Both the position numbers and the translations under genes were made by a program. The notes below the pieces were generated by a model that saw only the letters and a program-made list of their open reading frames with translations, had not been told where the DNA came from and did not search any database. DNA of 64,000 nucleotides from contig JBGVPZ010000015.1 of the NCBI GenBank assembly GCA_045127275.1, positions 28,066 through 92,065 on the forward strand. Direction: 5' to 3'. Positions within the stretch are counted from its first letter, which is position 1. The number at the start of each line of letters is the position of its first letter. This document shows, piece after piece, positions 60,291-64,000 of the stretch. This stretch comes from Alistipes sp. (GTDB taxonomy: Bacteria; Bacteroidota; Bacteroidia; Bacteroidales; Rikenellaceae).

Positions 60291-61010
60291 TCTTGAGCAA
60301 GTAGCAGAACTAAAGTTCTGCTACTTTTTTTTATTGCCTCTTCATGCCGTGTGCAAGCCCAACATGAAGGCAATAAAAAAGAAGCACGCAAAGCGTGCTA
60401 TTTGCTCGGTCGAGTTGTCTGGGATTCTTTATTAGGTGGTTGCCGGATTAGATGTATTGCGGGCTACGCCCTTATTTTCAATGGTAATCCGGCGAGCTTG
60501 AGGCTAAAGCCTCTGCGCTTCGAATCCAGTCATCCCGACAAAGTTGAGCACAAAGCCTTCGATCGAAAGATCGGAGGTTTTGCTGTTTTCAAGGGTGTAG
60601 GTGCTTGCACAATACAGCCTTTGGGAACAGCAAAATTTTCGCTTGCGAATGGTGCTTGGTGCGAAACTTTGTAACCTCGCCCAGGGAGCCTCCTGGAAAG
60701 GCGTCACGGAGCGAGCTTGCAGCGAGCGAAGTAGCCAATTCAGTCATACCGACAAAACCGAATGAAGCAAGAAGATGTCTTTCGACATCTTCTTGTTTTA
60801 TATGCCTTGGCGCAAGGCCACTTGCAAGCCAATGGCATAGAAAGCAAAATAAGGGTTGTGAAGCAACCTTCTTGCGGAATGAGGTTTTAAGTGCCCCTGC
60901 GGCGAGCAGGATTGGAAAGGCGTCACGGAGCAGACCGCAGGGCTGCGAAGTAGCCAATTCAGTCATACCTACCCCTTCCAGTCAATCCCCACCTCTTCAG
61001 TCATCCCGCC
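60291..61010 (+). mobile_element. Tandem array of three non-coding structured units, each closed by a copy of the tRNA-Pro 3' end
   Basis: tRNA 3'-end copies at 60519-39 (21/21), 60737-53 (15/17) and 60956-72 (14/17), plus two short degenerate copies; units rich in hairpins. Confidence 0.7.
60300..60332 (+). terminator. Intrinsic terminator of tRNA-Pro (first arm of unit 1)
   Basis: agtagcagaact-aa-agttctgctact followed by a T-run. Confidence 0.85.
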
Positions 61011-61176
61011 ACTTTAATCAATCTTACCCCCAATACACAAAAAGGCATCACAACTCATCCGTTGCAACACCTTCCTTCATCATTTGTGGGCCGCGATCGT
61101 CGATCTGTCTGTTCGTTCAGATCAACCGCGCCCTACCTTTTAACAGCCTCGGTCGAAGCGTTTCTCAAAAAAAACG

Positions 61177-61335
61177 CTACTTCAGTTCCTCGGCCTTCAC
61201 ATGAACCACCTCGCCGTCGTTCTCGACGACCAGTTCGCCATTCTCCCGTTTCGTCTTCTCGATCAGTCGCTTGCGAGCCAACAACAAGGCGTCGTCCACC
61301 TGCTCCTGCATCTGCTGAATATCTTTCTCACTCAT
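61177..61335 (-). CDS. Small hypothetical protein, 52 aa, partner of the upstream ATPase
   Basis: MSEKDIQQMQEQVDDALLLARKRLIEKTKRENGELVVENDGEVVHVKAEELK; start overlaps the ATPase 3' end by 8 nt. Confidence 0.8.
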   Translation of the reverse strand: MSEKDIQQMQEQVDDALLLARKRLIEKTKRENGELVVENDGEVVHVKAEELK

Positions 61336-61903
61336 AATTGACAATCGTTTCGTAGGATAACGGATCCTCGATATGAATTATTTTATCCCGCTCACCCGAC
61401 GCGATACGCCGAATCTTCTCGTCGGCGGCATTGTTATCATAAATAGCCCAAAAATCGCAGATGGGGGTATAGAGCCGTGTCAGGTTGTAGATGCCCTTCC
61501 GATAGCGACGACGAATCACATCCGTCGGGATGTTATGACCGCCCTCCTTGACGCGCTGTGCCACACGTTCGATAGCCAGCTCGGGGCTAGGCAACCAAAA
61601 GTAGAGTAACAGAATGAAATAACCCTGCTGACGGGCTTCGTGGATGAAATTAACATACGAACGGGTCGAGAGCGTCGTCTCAAAGGCAAAATCAGCCCCC
61701 TCGCGGATCAATCCGTGCATGCGCTCCAACATCAGACGGCCAGCATCGATAGCCACGCTCTCGGGGTTGAACGGCGAGAGACCGCGCGCGATCTCATCGG
61801 CATTGACGAACTCTTTACATCCCAAGACTTCGGGCAATACGGTATAGGATGCGGTGGTTTTACCCGCACCGTTGCAACCCGATATGATATAAAGTTTAGG
61901 CAT
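61328..61903 (-). CDS. Zeta-toxin-like/AAA_33 P-loop ATPase (COG4185)
   Basis: MPKLYIISGCNGAGKTT, FVNADEIA, FAFETTLS, RVAQRVKEGGHNIP; ATG at 61903 behind a -7 TATCTTTG. Confidence 0.9.
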   Translation of the reverse strand: MPKLYIISGCNGAGKTTASYTVLPEVLGCKEFVNADEIARGLSPFNPESVAIDAGRLMLERMHGLIREGADFAFETTLSTRSYVNFIHEARQQGYFILLLYFWLPSPELAIERVAQRVKEGGHNIPTDVIRRRYRKGIYNLTRLYTPICDFWAIYDNNAADEKIRRIASGERDKIIHIEDPLSYETIVNYE

Positions 61904-61994
61904 CTGGGAGCAAAGATACACAAATAGTCCAAAAAAACCAAAAAAGAGAGACAATTTGCATGCCTCTCTTTCTTGATCGCTATCAATCAGCTGC

Positions 61995-62990
61995 TTACTC
62001 TGCCTTACCAGCCGAGCCAAGCACGTTCTCGCACTTGTGCATGTAGAGCTTCTTGAGCTCGTCGCGAGCCGGACCCAGATACTTGCGGGGGTCGAACTCT
62101 GCGGGCTTCTCAACCATCACCTTACGTACGGCAGCGGTCATAGCCAGACGGCCGTCCGAGTCGATGTTGATCTTGCACACAGCGCTCTTGGCAGCCTTGC
62201 GCAGCTGCTCCTCCGGAATACCAATGGCATCCTTCAGTGCACCACCATACTCGTTGATGATCTTTACATACTCCTGCGGAACCGACGACGAACCATGCAG
62301 CACGATGGGGAAACCGGGCAGCTTAGCCTCGATCTCGGCCAGGATGTCAAAGCGCAGTTCAGGCGGCACGAGGATACCCTCCTCGTTGCGCGTGCACTGC
62401 TCGGGCTTGAACTTGTTAGCACCGTGCGACGTACCAATCGAGATAGCCAGCGAATCCACGCCGGTCTTCGTTACGAAGTCGATTACCTCCTCGGGGCGGG
62501 TGTAGTTCGACACCTCGGCCGAAACCTCATCCTCCACGCCGGCCAGCACGCCCAGCTCACCCTCTACGGTTACATCGTGTGCGTGTGCATACTCTACGAC
62601 CTGCTTCGTCAGGGCGATATTCTCCTCATAGGGCAGGTGCGAACCGTCGATCATCACCGACGAGAAGCCCATGTCGATGCAGCTCTTGCACAACTCAAAC
62701 GAGTTACCGTGGTCGAGGTGCAGCACGATCGGAATATTCTTACCCAGCTCCTTGGCATACTCGACAGCACCCTGAGCCATGTAACGCAGCAGCGTCTGGT
62801 TGGCATACTTACGGGCACCCGACGACACCTGCAGGATCACGGGCGACGAGCACTCCACGCAAGCCGAAATGATGGCCTGCATCTGCTCCATGTTGTTGAA
62901 ATTGAAGGCCGGAATAGCATAACCGCCCTCGATGGCCTTGGCGAACATCTCGCGGGTATTCACCAGACCCAGTTCCTTGTACGATACCAT
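61995..62990 (-). CDS. fba: Class II fructose-1,6-bisphosphate aldolase
   Basis: LHLDHG, SVMIDGS, VEGELG, IGTSHGA, VLHGSS, KINIDSD. Confidence 0.96.
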   Translation of the reverse strand: MVSYKELGLVNTREMFAKAIEGGYAIPAFNFNNMEQMQAIISACVECSSPVILQVSSGARKYANQTLLRYMAQGAVEYAKELGKNIPIVLHLDHGNSFELCKSCIDMGFSSVMIDGSHLPYEENIALTKQVVEYAHAHDVTVEGELGVLAGVEDEVSAEVSNYTRPEEVIDFVTKTGVDSLAISIGTSHGANKFKPEQCTRNEEGILVPPELRFDILAEIEAKLPGFPIVLHGSSSVPQEYVKIINEYGGALKDAIGIPEEQLRKAAKSAVCKINIDSDGRLAMTAAVRKVMVEKPAEFDPRKYLGPARDELKKLYMHKCENVLGSAGKAE

Positions 62991-63220
62991 AATAAGATTG
63001 ATTTTATGTATTAAAACGTCATTGCTTTAACCGTGGCCACAATGGCCGCACAAAGATACAATTAAAAACGGAAAATGCGAAACGATTTCTCGGTTTTGTT
63101 TGCATCTTTTCACCGCCGACCGACAATCTCCAAGAAACATGCAATTTTTTCACCGCCAAGAGGCCCTATTTCCCCAATTTTGATTACCTTTATACCATTA
63201 TTCACCAAACTTTACGAACC

Positions 63221-64000
63221 ATGGAGACAACCTGTATAGTACGGGGCACCCAACTCAAGGGTGCGGCCTATACCTATACGATTGAGAAGATCTTGGGCCA
63301 GGGAACCTTCGGCATCACCTATCTGGCCACCTCGAAGGTACAGATCGACGGAGCATTGGGCGCGCTGGAGACCACCCTCACGGTGGCCATCAAGGAGTTC
63401 TTTATGCACGATCTGAACGGTCGTCGGGGCAACGAGGTTACGTGCAGTTCGCAGGGCGGCATCTACGAACACTACCGCCGCAAATTTGCCCGCGAGGCAC
63501 AGAATCTAAGCAAACTGCGCCATCCGAACATCGTCCGCGTACTCGAATCCTTCGAGGCCAACAATACAGTCTATTACGCCATGGAGTTCTGCGAGGGTGG
63601 CTCGTTGGATGAGCTGATCGCTGCGCAGGGCGGCCTGAGCGAGGCCGTTGCGCTGGATTATGCCCGCCAGATCGGTTCGGCACTGGACTATATGCACGGC
63701 GAGAAGATCCTCCACCTCGACCTCAAACCGGGCAACGTGATGCTGCGCAAAAACGGCTCGGTTGCCCTGATCGACTTTGGCCTCTCCAAGCAATACAACG
63801 AGGAGGGTGCACCCGAATCGAGTACCACGATCGGTGGTGGCACGCCGGGTTATGCCCCGATCGAGCAAGCCAACTACCGCGAGGGCGGACAATTTGCCGC
63901 TGCGATTGATGTCTATGCCCTGGGAGCAACCCTCTTCAAGATGCTGACGGGCGAACGGCCGGCCGAGGCCTCGGTCTTGCTCAACGAGGGTTTCCCCGCT
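63221..64000 (+). CDS. Hanks-type Ser/Thr protein kinase (runs off the right edge; not in the ORF track)
   Basis: ATG 63221; LGQGTFGITY, VAIKE, HLDLKPGN, IDFG, GTPGYAPIEQ, DVYALG. Confidence 0.93.
   Translation, partial: METTCIVRGTQLKGAAYTYTIEKILGQGTFGITYLATSKVQIDGALGALETTLTVAIKEFFMHDLNGRRGNEVTCSSQGGIYEHYRRKFAREAQNLSKLRHPNIVRVLESFEANNTVYYAMEFCEGGSLDELIAAQGGLSEAVALDYARQIGSALDYMHGEKILHLDLKPGNVMLRKNGSVALIDFGLSKQYNEEGAPESSTTIGGGTPGYAPIEQANYREGGQFAAAIDVYALGATLFKMLTGERPAEASVLLNEGFPA

Noticed and set aside
60270-61010. CRISPR array
   Set aside because: Repeats are tRNA-derived, spacers are over 190 bp and structured, and no cas genes are present
60351-61204. ORFs 60351-60674, 60589-60966 and 60605-61204 across the tRNA array
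   Set aside because: Cross unit boundaries, atypical composition, no integrase or nuclease motifs

Overview
Chromosomal segment of a Bacteroidota bacterium, probably Alistipes/Rikenellaceae-like. The assignment rests on TAnnTTTG -7 promoters, no Shine-Dalgarno motifs and the gene content. Most of it is housekeeping: recF, dciA, ompA, class II RNR, the surA/ostA cluster, parAB, mltD, mnmE, serS, kdsB, lon, asnA, valS, rnhA, ileS, recX, prmC, aroC/aroA, lptB, recQ, rsmA, rpsT, fba and four tRNAs. No integrase, transposase or CRISPR array was seen. The most unusual signal is non-coding. Behind tRNA-Pro(GGG) lies a tandem array of three 214-249 bp units, each closed by a copy of the tRNA 3' end, and a fourth such unit (188 bp) lies behind tRNA-Thr(GGT). 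The units share little sequence but show the same predicted four-arm fold with a TGYAARC motif at the apex, suggesting a structure-defined, tRNA-targeted cassette system. Other points of interest: GTAAC palindromic repeat elements, two of which bracket a transporter gene as long inverted repeats; a nested pile of palindromic elements at 7.07-7.69 kb; a poly-G promoter spacer ahead of an accessory protease; a BlaR1-ExbD fusion; and a three-gene islet of orphan secreted proteins. All structures were read by eye, with no folding or database searches.
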